52,990 nt of DNA from a virus. Every line of letters starts with the position of its first letter. Positions within the stretch are counted from its first letter, which is position 1. Shown piece after piece: positions 1-8,894 of this stretch. The stretch spans positions 1-52,990 of IMG/VR virus record IMGVR_UViG_3300045988_169541; one strand, written 5' to 3'. Below the pieces are notes generated by a model. It searched no databases. It had not been told where the DNA came from and saw only the letters and a list, made by a program, of their open reading frames with translations. The position numbers and the translations under genes are program-made.

Positions 1-85
1 AATAGTACTTGAAGATGGAGAAGATAATGAAGACACTGGAGATGGTATTATTGAATATTTGAGGGCGGTAGACGAAAAAAAAAAG
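1..85. repeat. Terminal direct repeat, left copy (identical to 52906..52990); overlap of a circular or terminally redundant genome
   Basis: aatagtacttgaagatgg...gacgaaaaaaaaaag occurs base-for-base at both ends of the window. Confidence 0.95.
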
Positions 86-3000
86 ATAATACGCAAATCT
101 TCTGAGAACGATTTACGAGTTTATTTAGAAGATACCGGTATTGATACTGCAAAGATGATTCGCGAATTGGAATTAATAGGCGAATTATCAATGAATTATA
201 CCATAGAAATTGATGACAATCTATCAGGATCAACAAATAAGACAACATTGCAGTCTTTGATTCAGTTTATTTCGAAAGATTTTGTTACAAATAATAAGTT
301 CAAGGAATATATTGATCAACCTGTCCGTACTACTGACGATGTTAAATTTAACTCTGTAGTAGCCAAAGAGAGTATAAAGACGGGGAAAGTCACTGCTGAA
401 GAAGTAGTATCCGAAAACTTTACTTCCGGCTTATTAGGTGTCGGCCACAGGCTTTGGAATGGAGTTTTGGAGGTAAGCGAACTCATAGTCCGCAAGACAA
501 TGCATGTTTTTGAAATAATCGTCCAAAAAATTACTTCTGTGAACGGTAGTATGCTTACGACACCAGGTGGAGGAATAAGGATATCAGAAGTAGAGGAATT
601 GGAAGATGGTTACAAATGTTTCTTTAACAATGATGACGGGACAATACCGAATCCTTTTGTGGTAGGAGACCAGGCCTTACATCAGGTATTTACCGGAAAA
701 AATATTAGCAGATACTGGCGTCTTGTAACGGAAGTCGGTGATAATCATTTCGTTTTGAGCAAAACGGATTGTGAATCAGGAAGTGATATCCCAAAAGTAG
801 AAGATGAAATAATCCAGTTCGGCAACAGAACCGACAGAAGCCGACAGAATGCAGTCCTTACTACCTCTTATGGTTTGGATGCTCCCTATACGGCATATTA
901 TTCCAACGTAAACAGTTATTCTCTCGAAGGGAAAGAAGACGTCCGTGAGGGTAATTTGAGAGGCATCAATGACCCTGATTTCGGACAACTTTCAGGTAGT
1001 GGATTTTACGGTAAGAATGTTTATTTAAAAGGTATCTTTAGGTTGTTGTCCGGCAAAACGGTGGAAGAGTCCATCGGAGACGTGCAGAGTAACCTGGACA
1101 ACCTCCAAGTAGGAGAAACCAACCTTCTTGACAATAGTAACAAGGGATGGAAGAATAGTTATTATCTAACAGCGACAATTTACTTAGGAGATTACAAACC
1201 CAAAGAAGGAGAAGAATGTACAATTGTTATTAAAGGGAAATTAGGAACTGATAAAACATATTTTCGCATATTTAATTCAGGTGGTTCGGTTGTATTAACT
1301 GGATTATTCCGAAATATGTTTAATGCAGATAATATTGCAACAAGAACCTTTAAATGGAAATTAGAACAATCATCGGTCGTTGCTGATAATAAATTCATTA
1401 ATATATATGCATACGAATCAAGTGTAGTTGCAGAATCTGAAATAGAGTGGGTAAAACTAGTATTAGGCAATAAAACTTCGCTATTGTGGACCCCCTCTAT
1501 CAACGATCAGAGGCAGATTGCAATAGATGAAGCGGGAAAGGTTGTTGATGGGATACAGATCGGTTCCCAGAACCTTATATCCAAAAAAATGATGTTGAAG
1601 TGGAATGAGAAGAACAAGAATATTGCGGTCTGGGGGCAGGATGCAGACGGGGTGTATCTCAGGATAAATGAAGGACTACTGCATAAAAATTGGGCGGGCA
1701 GCAATGAAATTGCTAATCCGGTATTTGATTTGCAATTCAAACCCGATACACAGTATGTATTATCTGTTGAATGGAAACTTGCAGCAGTACAAAATTACGA
1801 TGGACTTGCTTTCAGGATATTTTACACTGATGGAACGGCAGAATGGCATGGATTAACAGGAACAATAATCACAAAAACAATCGCCAGATTAATTACGAAA
1901 GCCGGGAAAACAGTGCAGAAAATATCTGCGTCATACGGAAGCAGTAAAGCCAATACACTAATCTACAATATCTCCCTAATCGAAGGCAATAAACCCTTGC
2001 AAGGCTTCCCCGTTGCAGAAGAAGACCAGGTCGGAGCAAATAATGTGAATCTGGCGGAGGGGACAAAAGGGCCGTTTACGGTTGAAGGGGGGACAAATAC
2101 TTATGCATATAAAGCTCTGTATATTCCTGTAATCAAGCCGAATACAGTTTATTATGTGAATGCCCAAAATATAGAATTCTTATCAGGCAATATTAGCAAG
2201 TGTGATTTCATTTTATTTGATAAATCTATTAAATCTTATCTAACAACTACTTACCATCACCTTTATGACAAAAACGGTGGTATTATAATTACCAGAAGCG
2301 ATTTTGAAGCTCAGGAAGGGTATTTACTTTGTTACGCCGGAGAATCAGGGCATACCGCTGGGAATTCGGTCCGGTTTACCGAAGTCATGCTAGTCGAAGG
2401 CTTTCTTCCGGCCCCTGTTTGGGCTCCTTCTTTCTCCGAGCAGCAAGCAGAAATAAAAACGATAACGAAAACCCTGACCGAAATTAAAGCCGAAAACGGA
2501 GAAATAAGTTTAAGGGTTAACGAAGTTTCTGAGAGAGTGGAAGAGGCTAAACAAGAGGCAATTGATGAAGCAAAAGAATACACAACTATTCAAACATATC
2601 GTGAAACAGATATCGACTTAAGGGCTGAAAAGTGGGATCAGGACACATATTATCCGGTAACTATTAAATTATCAAACTCAGAAACAAGGATAGAAGTTGT
2701 TTCGCCACTTAATGGTGATTTTGGAATACCAAAATGGTCAACGCATGAATTAGGTTTTTCAATGAACTGTGTATGGCGTAGTAACGGGAGTGGATGGGGG
2801 GCAAATGTTGTTAATAGAATAATTGAGGTTTTCGAATGTAAATTTACCAAGGAAATACCCGATACTACCCCAGTGCAATATATACTCCCTGCCGGATGGA
2901 TTCGGCAACTAACCAGTAGCAGCGAAGAACTTATTTATCTTCGTGGAGGTGGTAGGTACCTATTTAAAATCGGGAACAATTGTGTAGCAGTAGTACACGA

Positions 3001-3976
3001 TAGTCGTTATACGGCTCCAGATGGGTCATCTGTTGCTCCTACTGCTTCGGTAATCAGGCCTGTTCTTACGAATGCAACAAAGGAAGAACTTAATGCTGAA
3101 ATAAATATAACAAAAGGATTGATCGAAAATAAAGTATCTCTAGATGTCTATAATGAAAATGATCAATTAATAAAATCAGATATTAGCAATTTACAAGTTA
3201 GTTACAACCAAATTTCTTCTACAGTATCTAAAATTATAAATGGTACCCAAGAAATATCTGGTGTTGTAACACAAAGTAATTTCGTTACAATTTTTTCTTC
3301 AAATAAAAATGCATTAGGGCAAGAAGTTATTGAATCTATTAATGTTGGCGGAGGAGGCGTTACAATTGATGCAAGTAGGATTAATCTTAATGGAGCTATT
3401 AGTGCAAACGGGAATGTTCAGATTACAACAGATGGAAAACTTATTGCAGTTAACGGACAGTTTACAGGAAAGATTACAGCGACAGAAGGAGAAATTGCCG
3501 GACTGAAATTAAGCAATAATGGATTGAGATCATCTGATTTCAATGAGAGTTCGAAAGTAGGCTCTTGTTATGCTAAAGATGGTTTTTCTGTATATGCATC
3601 AGGGAATGGTGTACTTACCCCTTCAACAGGTGGAATGCAAGCCGGAATAATAACAGCAGTAGGAGATTTTATAAGTCATATAACTGGATTGGAAATAATT
3701 GCCAAGGAAACATCGTATAATAATGGATCATCTTCAATAGTTACTGCCTTAAGAATACAAGCTGAGAACAGATATTACGGTACTCCATTTGATCCACCTC
3801 TTGCGATAGAGGTAGTTTCTGGAGATGTATTATTCGGTGGTAAAATGACAGTTAATAATACATCTATCTTTAGAGGTCAAATATATTTAAATCTTAATAA
3901 CATACCAAATATTTCAGGGGCTTCGAATTATTACCTATGTATAAATAGATCAACCGGACAATTAAGTTACAGATAA
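2..3976 (+). CDS. Tail fiber / receptor-binding protein, distal part; the 5' part is 52190..52905 across the circular junction
   Basis: The frame is open from nt 2, with no stop before the track's TTG at 59. It is in phase with 52190..52990 through the repeat. It has three tandem jelly-roll-like modules, a heptad-rich stretch (AEIKTITKTLTEIKAENGE..) and a G/N/T-rich distal end. It follows the tape measure and tail protein. Confidence 0.8.
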   Translation: MVLEDGEDNEDTGDGIIEYLRAVDEKKKIIRKSSENDLRVYLEDTGIDTAKMIRELELIGELSMNYTIEIDDNLSGSTNKTTLQSLIQFISKDFVTNNKFKEYIDQPVRTTDDVKFNSVVAKESIKTGKVTAEEVVSENFTSGLLGVGHRLWNGVLEVSELIVRKTMHVFEIIVQKITSVNGSMLTTPGGGIRISEVEELEDGYKCFFNNDDGTIPNPFVVGDQALHQVFTGKNISRYWRLVTEVGDNHFVLSKTDCESGSDIPKVEDEIIQFGNRTDRSRQNAVLTTSYGLDAPYTAYYSNVNSYSLEGKEDVREGNLRGINDPDFGQLSGSGFYGKNVYLKGIFRLLSGKTVEESIGDVQSNLDNLQVGETNLLDNSNKGWKNSYYLTATIYLGDYKPKEGEECTIVIKGKLGTDKTYFRIFNSGGSVVLTGLFRNMFNADNIATRTFKWKLEQSSVVADNKFINIYAYESSVVAESEIEWVKLVLGNKTSLLWTPSINDQRQIAIDEAGKVVDGIQIGSQNLISKKMMLKWNEKNKNIAVWGQDADGVYLRINEGLLHKNWAGSNEIANPVFDLQFKPDTQYVLSVEWKLAAVQNYDGLAFRIFYTDGTAEWHGLTGTIITKTIARLITKAGKTVQKISASYGSSKANTLIYNISLIEGNKPLQGFPVAEEDQVGANNVNLAEGTKGPFTVEGGTNTYAYKALYIPVIKPNTVYYVNAQNIEFLSGNISKCDFILFDKSIKSYLTTTYHHLYDKNGGIIITRSDFEAQEGYLLCYAGESGHTAGNSVRFTEVMLVEGFLPAPVWAPSFSEQQAEIKTITKTLTEIKAENGEISLRVNEVSERVEEAKQEAIDEAKEYTTIQTYRETDIDLRAEKWDQDTYYPVTIKLSNSETRIEVVSPLNGDFGIPKWSTHELGFSMNCVWRSNGSGWGANVVNRIIEVFECKFTKEIPDTTPVQYILPAGWIRQLTSSSEELIYLRGGGRYLFKIGNNCVAVVHDSRYTAPDGSSVAPTASVIRPVLTNATKEELNAEINITKGLIENKVSLDVYNENDQLIKSDISNLQVSYNQISSTVSKIINGTQEISGVVTQSNFVTIFSSNKNALGQEVIESINVGGGGVTIDASRINLNGAISANGNVQITTDGKLIAVNGQFTGKITATEGEIAGLKLSNNGLRSSDFNESSKVGSCYAKDGFSVYASGNGVLTPSTGGMQAGIITAVGDFISHITGLEIIAKETSYNNGSSSIVTALRIQAENRYYGTPFDPPLAIEVVSGDVLFGGKMTVNNTSIFRGQIYLNLNNIPNISGASNYYLCINRSTGQLSYR

Positions 3977-3988
3977 ATTATAAAAAAC

Positions 3989-4282
3989 ATGGAAATTAAC
4001 TATTTTATTTCAGCAAAAGCAACGGCAACGGTACAGAATATAAATGTATCGCTGAGTGCAGAGTATCAAAAAGAGCAAGCACCGGAAGTTATCTCCGTAG
4101 TAGCAAACGGATACTTGGACGACGGGAAGAAATTCATGAATGCAACCCTTAAATACAATCCTAAGTCCGAGGATTTCAATTCGATTAACGGATCAAATGT
4201 TGACTTGGGTATTATTCAGGGGATTGTTCCATTAATTACGGAATTTTATAGAAAGATTACTGAAACATTCACTAACTACTAA
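3989..4282 (+). CDS. Hypothetical protein (97 aa) downstream of the fiber gene
   Basis: Tightly packed ATG ORF 13 nt after the fiber stop. No motif recognised. Position is compatible with a fiber accessory or chaperone protein. Confidence 0.55.
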   Translation: MEINYFISAKATATVQNINVSLSAEYQKEQAPEVISVVANGYLDDGKKFMNATLKYNPKSEDFNSINGSNVDLGIIQGIVPLITEFYRKITETFTNY

Positions 4283-4286
4283 CAAA

Positions 4287-4577
4287 ATGAAATATAGTTT
4301 TGACGTAAAAGATGTATCAGCAATTGATTTGTTAGGTAATAATTATATCCAATTGCTGGAAGAGAATCAAAATAAAGGCATTCATCAACTTGTCGGAAAT
4401 GCCGTGTATGTGTGCACAAACACAATTGAAATGCATGAAATTGCCAAAAAGATATTCAACGGGGAAGCTGTGGATATGAATGAAAATGAGACAGAATTAT
4501 TCAAAGCCTCAATAATGGATTCAACCTGGCATGTTTTTATTAAAAACGCTATTATCTCTGCAATCAAAAACAAATAA
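4287..4577 (+). CDS. Hypothetical protein (96 aa)
   Basis: ATG ORF 5 nt after the previous stop, followed by a GC-rich hairpin. No motif recognised. Confidence 0.55.
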   Translation: MKYSFDVKDVSAIDLLGNNYIQLLEENQNKGIHQLVGNAVYVCTNTIEMHEIAKKIFNGEAVDMNENETELFKASIMDSTWHVFIKNAIISAIKNK

Positions 4578-4580
4578 AAA

Positions 4581-4602
4581 AGAGGCCGCCCTCGCGACCT
4601 CT
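4581..4602 (+). terminator. GC-rich hairpin after the fiber operon (terminator candidate)
   Basis: agagg-ccgccctcgcg-acctct: 5 bp plus 3 bp with one mismatch and a 4-nt loop. An A-tract precedes it and only a weak T-tract follows. Confidence 0.45.
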
Positions 4603-4700
4603 ATAAATATTTCCCAAGCAACCCCAAGTCAATCTTATGTTGCAAATTTACAAAGTTTTTTTTGAGAATACAAAAGAATAATTTAGAAATATAAAACAAT

Positions 4701-5159
4701 ATGAACAAAGAGGAATGGAGAAGGTTAATAACCGAAACGCTGAAAGAAACAGGCTTGTACTCTGACAATGCAAGAGATCTTATCATGGGGACGTTTGCTC
4801 AGGAAAGCAATTTTAAGTACACCCGGCAAATTGGCGGTGGTCCGGCTTTAGGATATGGGCAGATGGAGCCGGCAACCTTCAATGATATTGTGGTTAATTT
4901 TCTCCGGCATAAACCGGAACTAATGGGGAAAGTAATGAAAGCATCCGGTGTTGTCACTTTGGAGCCTGAGATGCTTGTAGATAACAAAAAGCTGATGATC
5001 TGTATGGCCCGCATACATTATTTGCGTGTAAAGGAGGCATTACCTTCGAATAAGGATGTTTGGGCGATGGGTGAATACTGGAAACAATATTACAATACGC
5101 CATTAGGCAGAGGGACCGTAAAGGAGTTTGTCGAGAACTATAAAAAATATTGTTTATAA
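4701..5159 (+). CDS. Endolysin, lytic transglycosylase (SLT-like)
   Basis: FAQESNF (catalytic Glu-Ser) and LGYGQM motifs typical of SLT domains. It is the first gene of a lysin-holin-spanin cluster. Confidence 0.75.
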   Translation: MNKEEWRRLITETLKETGLYSDNARDLIMGTFAQESNFKYTRQIGGGPALGYGQMEPATFNDIVVNFLRHKPELMGKVMKASGVVTLEPEMLVDNKKLMICMARIHYLRVKEALPSNKDVWAMGEYWKQYYNTPLGRGTVKEFVENYKKYCL

Positions 5160-5204
5160 CAATGTTTCGGGAGGGGATAGAAGTACCACATTTAAATTAA
5201 GATT

Positions 5205-5639
5205 ATGAGTGAAAGAAACACAATTTCGGCAATGGTATCAGTATTCATGAGTGGTTTTATGGATTTTATCGAACCTTTAAAATGGTTCATGTTGCTTGCA
5301 CTGATATTAATTATCGTAGACCTGAGGTTTGGGATAGCGGCATCCAAGAAAAGGGGTGAAAGAATCCGGTTTTCACGGGCTGGGAGAAGGACTATCAACA
5401 AAATGGTAGATTACTTATGCTGGATTCTTCTTGCCGGAGCTATAGGGAAGACATTTGGAGAACCTTTTGACATTCCGCTGCTTCCTTCTATTGTCCTGTT
5501 GGTCATATACGGGTTTGAGATAAATTCCTGTTATGGGAATTACTTTGAAGCTCACGGTCGGCATGTAAAGGTCGATATTTTTAAATTTTTCAGGCGGAAG
5601 TCTGATATTATTGACATAGAAGAAAAAACAGAAAAATGA
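5205..5639 (+). CDS. Holin (LL-H / holin_4-like, 3 predicted TM segments)
   Basis: Hydrophobic segments, with an IVDLRFGIAASKKRG..GRRTINKMVDY pattern resembling LL-H type holins. A charged C-terminus. Lies between lysin and spanin. Confidence 0.6.
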   Translation: MSERNTISAMVSVFMSGFMDFIEPLKWFMLLALILIIVDLRFGIAASKKRGERIRFSRAGRRTINKMVDYLCWILLAGAIGKTFGEPFDIPLLPSIVLLVIYGFEINSCYGNYFEAHGRHVKVDIFKFFRRKSDIIDIEEKTEK

Positions 5640-6013
5640 GGATAATAATTATACTGATAGCCCTTTCTATATTCTCCTGCCGGAGTATTCAGTACGTGCC
5701 GGTAGAGACAGTAAAGACAGAGAAAGAATACATTGACAAGATAAAGCGGGATAGTATCTATGTACGCGACAGTGTATTTGTTCTTGTTAAAGGCGATACA
5801 GTTTTCAGGGACAAATATCATATTGTGTATCGTGATAGGCTTATGCATGATACGGTAAATATAAGCAAAACAGATAGCATCGCGGTCCCCTATCCGGTTG
5901 AAGTTGTAAAAAACAAAGTACCAAGCATTATGTGGTGGCTTATCATTTTACTGGCAGCATTCAGTATACCGTCTGTATTAAAGATTATCCGGTTTATCCG
6001 GGGCAAAATATAA
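5636..6013 (+). CDS. Unimolecular spanin-like lipoprotein
   Basis: N-terminal lipoprotein signal (LIALSIFSC) plus a C-terminal TM (IMWWLIILLAAFSIPSVL). ATGA overlap with the holin stop. Confidence 0.5.
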   Translation: MRIIIILIALSIFSCRSIQYVPVETVKTEKEYIDKIKRDSIYVRDSVFVLVKGDTVFRDKYHIVYRDRLMHDTVNISKTDSIAVPYPVEVVKNKVPSIMWWLIILLAAFSIPSVLKIIRFIRGKI

Positions 6014-6053
6014 AAAGAAGCCCCACTTCAAAAATATAGCGTACCACCACTAC

Positions 6054-6103
6054 ATCCTGTCTGTAAGACTTCTTTCGGGGAGTTTTACGGACAGGATTTT
6101 TAT
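6054..6103 (+). terminator. Rho-independent terminator of the late/lysis transcript
   Basis: 13-bp stem atcctgtctgtaa / ttacggacaggat (one G-U pair), 18-nt loop, then ttttatt. Confidence 0.75.
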
Positions 6104-6130
6104 TGGTTGCACTTTTTTGAGAAAAAATTT

Positions 6131-6334
6131 ATGAAAAAATTACAAAGGCCGAGTACGATGGTGCGTAACAAACAAGTTATCAGCATATATGAAGAATTAA
6201 AAAATTCAGAAAAATATTCAGATTTTTTCCATTTGCTCCCACGCTCTTTCATATATGATAAAATAAAGGAACAGACCGGGCTGTGTCACAAGACAATTGC
6301 TGACATACTAAATCACCGCGAAAAAGAAGAGTGA
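6131..6334 (+). CDS. Small HTH-like protein (Mor/sigma-region-4-like pattern), 67 aa from ATG 6131
   Basis: RNKQVISIYEEL...GLCHKTIADILN resembles small phage activator HTH proteins. The track start at 6107 is TTG and an ATG lies at 6131. Its 3' end overlaps the convergent ORF 6249..6623. Confidence 0.4.
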   Translation: MKKLQRPSTMVRNKQVISIYEELKNSEKYSDFFHLLPRSFIYDKIKEQTGLCHKTIADILNHREKEE

Positions 6335-6623
6335 ATATATATTCAAGACATGATACTGAAATAAAATAGTCTATTTTAGGATTTGGGTTAATCCATTGAG
6401 AATCAGGTTGCGGATTTTGCCGGAGCGATACGAAATCTTCCTTCTCAATAAAATCTCTTCTTAATGCCTCAACTGCGTCGGATTTCTTTGTGTAAACCAA
6501 TGGCCAAACATCTTCCAAGTTTACCGGAAATTCTTCTTTTGATTTTGCTAACTTTAGAACAGCCTTGAAATAATCTTTAACTTCATTTTCGCTACTTTGT
6601 TTTGTTAATTGTATTGTTTTCAT
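6249..6623 (-). CDS. Hypothetical protein (124 aa from ATG 6623)
   Basis: Downstream of the Ant-like gene on the same strand. ATG at 6621..6623. No family recognised. Confidence 0.5.
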   Translation of the reverse strand: MKTIQLTKQSSENEVKDYFKAVLKLAKSKEEFPVNLEDVWPLVYTKKSDAVEALRRDFIEKEDFVSLRQNPQPDSQWINPNPKIDYFISVSCLEYIFTLLFRGDLVCQQLSCDTARSVPLFYHI

Positions 6624-6744
6624 ATCTTTGAATGTTTTTTGCAAAGACTGGGACGGCCAAATCACAAGTCAATGCAGTTAAAAGGAAAGGGCAAAGGAAT
6701 GACTGCCTAATGTGAGAGCTTGCAGTTACTCCGATGCCCTTATT

Positions 6745-7365
6745 TTAGTTAATTGGCATATCAAATACCTGCTTTAAAACATTTTCGGGATAGGTTTTGA
6801 CTTTCCCGAATCGCGGATCTGGTATTTCCTCCGGTTCAATGCCAAGTTGTCTGCAAAGATTACATGCCTTCCTTCCCAAACTTGCTGCCAGTTTTATTCC
6901 GACCTGTATTTTAAGAAGTGTTCCATATCCGGCAATGGTAAACCAGTTTTGGTGTGTAGTCTGTTTTGCCTCAATAACTTTAACTCGATCATCTATCTCT
7001 GAAATACGTTTTTCCTGTGCTTGCAGGATTTGGATTGACTGAGCTAAAATGTCAAGCTGACTTAATGGTTTGGTTGCACGTTTTTCTATTTCGATAAAAT
7101 AATTACGTATTTGTTCACCGGTTTCGGTACGTGCCATCATGGAAAGGCGTTTAGCAAAGTCGATAGAGAGGGCAAAATCAATTGTTCTCCCACTTAGTGG
7201 GAGTTGTGCATAATCTTCATTTTCAACAGCAAAAGAATTATTAGTAATATTCTTTTTATACCAATTAGCCCAATGCTGAGGCGCAAACCCTAATTTTTCG
7301 TAAAGCTCCCGTGCAGAAACGGCTTTCTTACCGTCATTCTCCACAATCTTAATCAACTCATTCAT
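6745..7365 (-). CDS. Phage antirepressor-class protein (AntA/AntB-like N-terminus)
   Basis: N-terminus KAVSARELYEKLGFAPQHWANWYKKNI.. is the AntA/AntB-type pattern. 8-nt overlap with the upstream small paralog. Confidence 0.65.
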   Translation of the reverse strand: MNELIKIVENDGKKAVSARELYEKLGFAPQHWANWYKKNITNNSFAVENEDYAQLPLSGRTIDFALSIDFAKRLSMMARTETGEQIRNYFIEIEKRATKPLSQLDILAQSIQILQAQEKRISEIDDRVKVIEAKQTTHQNWFTIAGYGTLLKIQVGIKLAASLGRKACNLCRQLGIEPEEIPDPRFGKVKTYPENVLKQVFDMPIN

Positions 7366-7645
7366 GGTTTTCTCTTTTTAAATGTTGAAGTCTGAAAACA
7401 TCCACACACGCAGAATGATAATCTACATTTGTAGGATGCGTTTTGCAATATCCGCGGTATTCCTCAAAATGTCCGCATGAAAGAATGAAGAAATAAGCCT
7501 GATTCTTACAATTCTTTTCGATTTCAAACAGCCTTTTGTAGGTTTCAAGCTGCTGCTTTAGTGATAAGATTTCGCCCGTTTCGTGAGTGTGACGCACATT
7601 GTCTGTGCCTTTCCCATGGTTGGTGGTTTGATTTGTGTTTGTCAT
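7358..7645 (-). CDS. Small conserved protein, cassette paralog A (coiled coil plus C-terminal Cys/His motif)
   Basis: EIEKNCKNQAYFFILSCGHFEEYRGYCKTHPTNVDYHSA aligns with 15156..15503 and 22578..22871. ATG at 7645 (the track start at 7663 is GTG). Confidence 0.7.
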   Translation of the reverse strand: MTNTNQTTNHGKGTDNVRHTHETGEILSLKQQLETYKRLFEIEKNCKNQAYFFILSCGHFEEYRGYCKTHPTNVDYHSACVDVFRLQHLKRENHE

Positions 7646-7670
7646 GATATATTTATTAAGCACTTAGGTA

Positions 7671-7761
7671 CAGAAAAACGGCGTACCTTTCCCGCTGCTT
7701 AATCACCTCATGACTGGCTAAAATCTGCCATTACAACAGATTTACGGGGGTATACGCCGTT
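7671..7761 (-). promoter_or_regulatory. Leader A: long hairpin plus U-tract (terminator/attenuator-like), 31 nt before the paralog A ATG
   Basis: 9-bp outer stem 7677..7685 / 7753..7761 (aacggcgta/tacgccgtt). Inner helices 7691..7694/7745..7748 and 7721..7727/7737..7743. Minus-strand 3' side reads cgccgtttttctg. Confidence 0.5.
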
Positions 7762-7886
7762 AGACAAATATTTTCCTTTCCAAACAACAAAATACAAAGT
7801 ATGGAAAATACAAATCAATAAGGCATAAAAAAACCGCCATACAGCGGGTACTCTTACTCCGCCAGTCATTAGAAGATTAAGCAAGA

Positions 7887-7894
7887 CAAATGTA
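7887..7894 (-). promoter_or_regulatory. Bacteroidota-type -7 box (TACATTTG on minus strand) for cassette A
   Basis: Plus strand caaatgta is the reverse complement of TAnnTTTG. It lies upstream of the leader. The motif alone is expected by chance in AT-rich DNA; its position is the support. Confidence 0.4.
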
Positions 7895-8075
7895 TGAAAT
7901 ATTTTTTGATATTCACAACATCTAAATAAAACTTTCTTTTTTATTGGAAATTTATTCTGTTTAAAGTCCTCAAACTTCTATTATATAGGAATGTAACTTT
8001 TTACAAAACATCTATTTATGTCGAATTTTGGGATATCCGGCAATAGTGCCGGAATAATCAAAATTCTTTAATTAT

Positions 8076-8840
8076 ATGGAAATTATCGAAAAGAAAGTGT
8101 ATGAGGAAGGCGGTGAAAATCGTCGCTCTACGAGAGAGCGGGCGAATGCCGGCCTTACCTTGGGTATTATCGGTACTGTCCTCGGCGCTGCCGCTCTTTG
8201 GGGACGTGGCAATGGTATTGGTTCAATCCTAGGCGGTGGAGCTGGTTTCTCCGGAGGTGCTAGTACTCCTGCAAATGTAAACATTAACGCATACGGCACT
8301 GGGGCCGGGAATGGTTGTGTTGCCCCTACTTCTTTCCAAGCATGGGAAAAAGGATGTGAAGATGCTTTGGAATTGACAAATGCAATGTGGGGATTAAAAC
8401 TGGGCTCTATGCAGGCTATTGCAGCAAACCGTGAAACAGACATTGCTGAAAAATTCAGCTTGTACAAGACGATGGTAGACGCCGATTTTGGGTTGTATAA
8501 AAACAACCGGGACAATATCGACGCGGTTAATAACCGTCTGAATTCTGAATTGTTCGGCCTGTACAAGTATACCCGTGATAAAGACGATGAAACCCGGAAG
8601 GAACTGTGTGATCTGAAAGCACAAGTAGCGATTAGCAATGCCGTCCGTCCCTATCAGGATAAACTGATTCAGTGTGAAATTGAAAAAGCATTCACCGCCG
8701 GAATTAACTATGTAGACCGCAAGACCTGCAAAATGGTTGAAGGTGTAGTAGTAGTACCTACCGAACCTACTATTACGGGTATCGGAAGTTATTGCTGCTT
8801 TCGCAACCAGACAAGTGGAGGATCAACTCCGGCAGCCTAA
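8076..8840 (+). CDS. Gly-rich membrane protein, unknown function (254 aa)
   Basis: TM-like GLTLGIIGTVLGAAALWG followed by a Gly-rich stretch, then a helical C-terminal domain. First gene of the plus-strand island. Confidence 0.6.
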   Translation: MEIIEKKVYEEGGENRRSTRERANAGLTLGIIGTVLGAAALWGRGNGIGSILGGGAGFSGGASTPANVNINAYGTGAGNGCVAPTSFQAWEKGCEDALELTNAMWGLKLGSMQAIAANRETDIAEKFSLYKTMVDADFGLYKNNRDNIDAVNNRLNSELFGLYKYTRDKDDETRKELCDLKAQVAISNAVRPYQDKLIQCEIEKAFTAGINYVDRKTCKMVEGVVVVPTEPTITGIGSYCCFRNQTSGGSTPAA

Positions 8841-8894
8841 AATGCTCACCCAAAAGAGAGCTTATAAACGTAGAAAACAAAAAACTAAATAGCC

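Noticed and set aside
1-85. Terminal repeats as ends of a mobile element or a biologically defined DTR.
   Set aside because: The repeat is direct, lies inside an uninterrupted coding frame, and joins the two halves of one gene in phase. An assembly overlap of a circular or permuted genome is the simplest explanation. True short DTRs cannot be excluded without reads.
1-3976. A diversity-generating retroelement targeting the fiber gene.
   Set aside because: No reverse transcriptase ORF exists anywhere in the genome, and I saw no template/variable repeat pair near the fiber 3' end.
8072-8638. Long antisense or shadow ORFs listed in the track. Examples: 8072..8638(-), 19691..20095(+), 21013..21507(+), 28154..28522(+), 29921..30553(+), 32718..33116(+), 36285..36737(+), 26035..27298(+).
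   Set aside because: Each lies opposite a gene with clear family motifs or operon context. They have low-complexity or odd composition (Ser/Phe/Cys/Leu-rich). They are best explained as frame shadows of the real genes.
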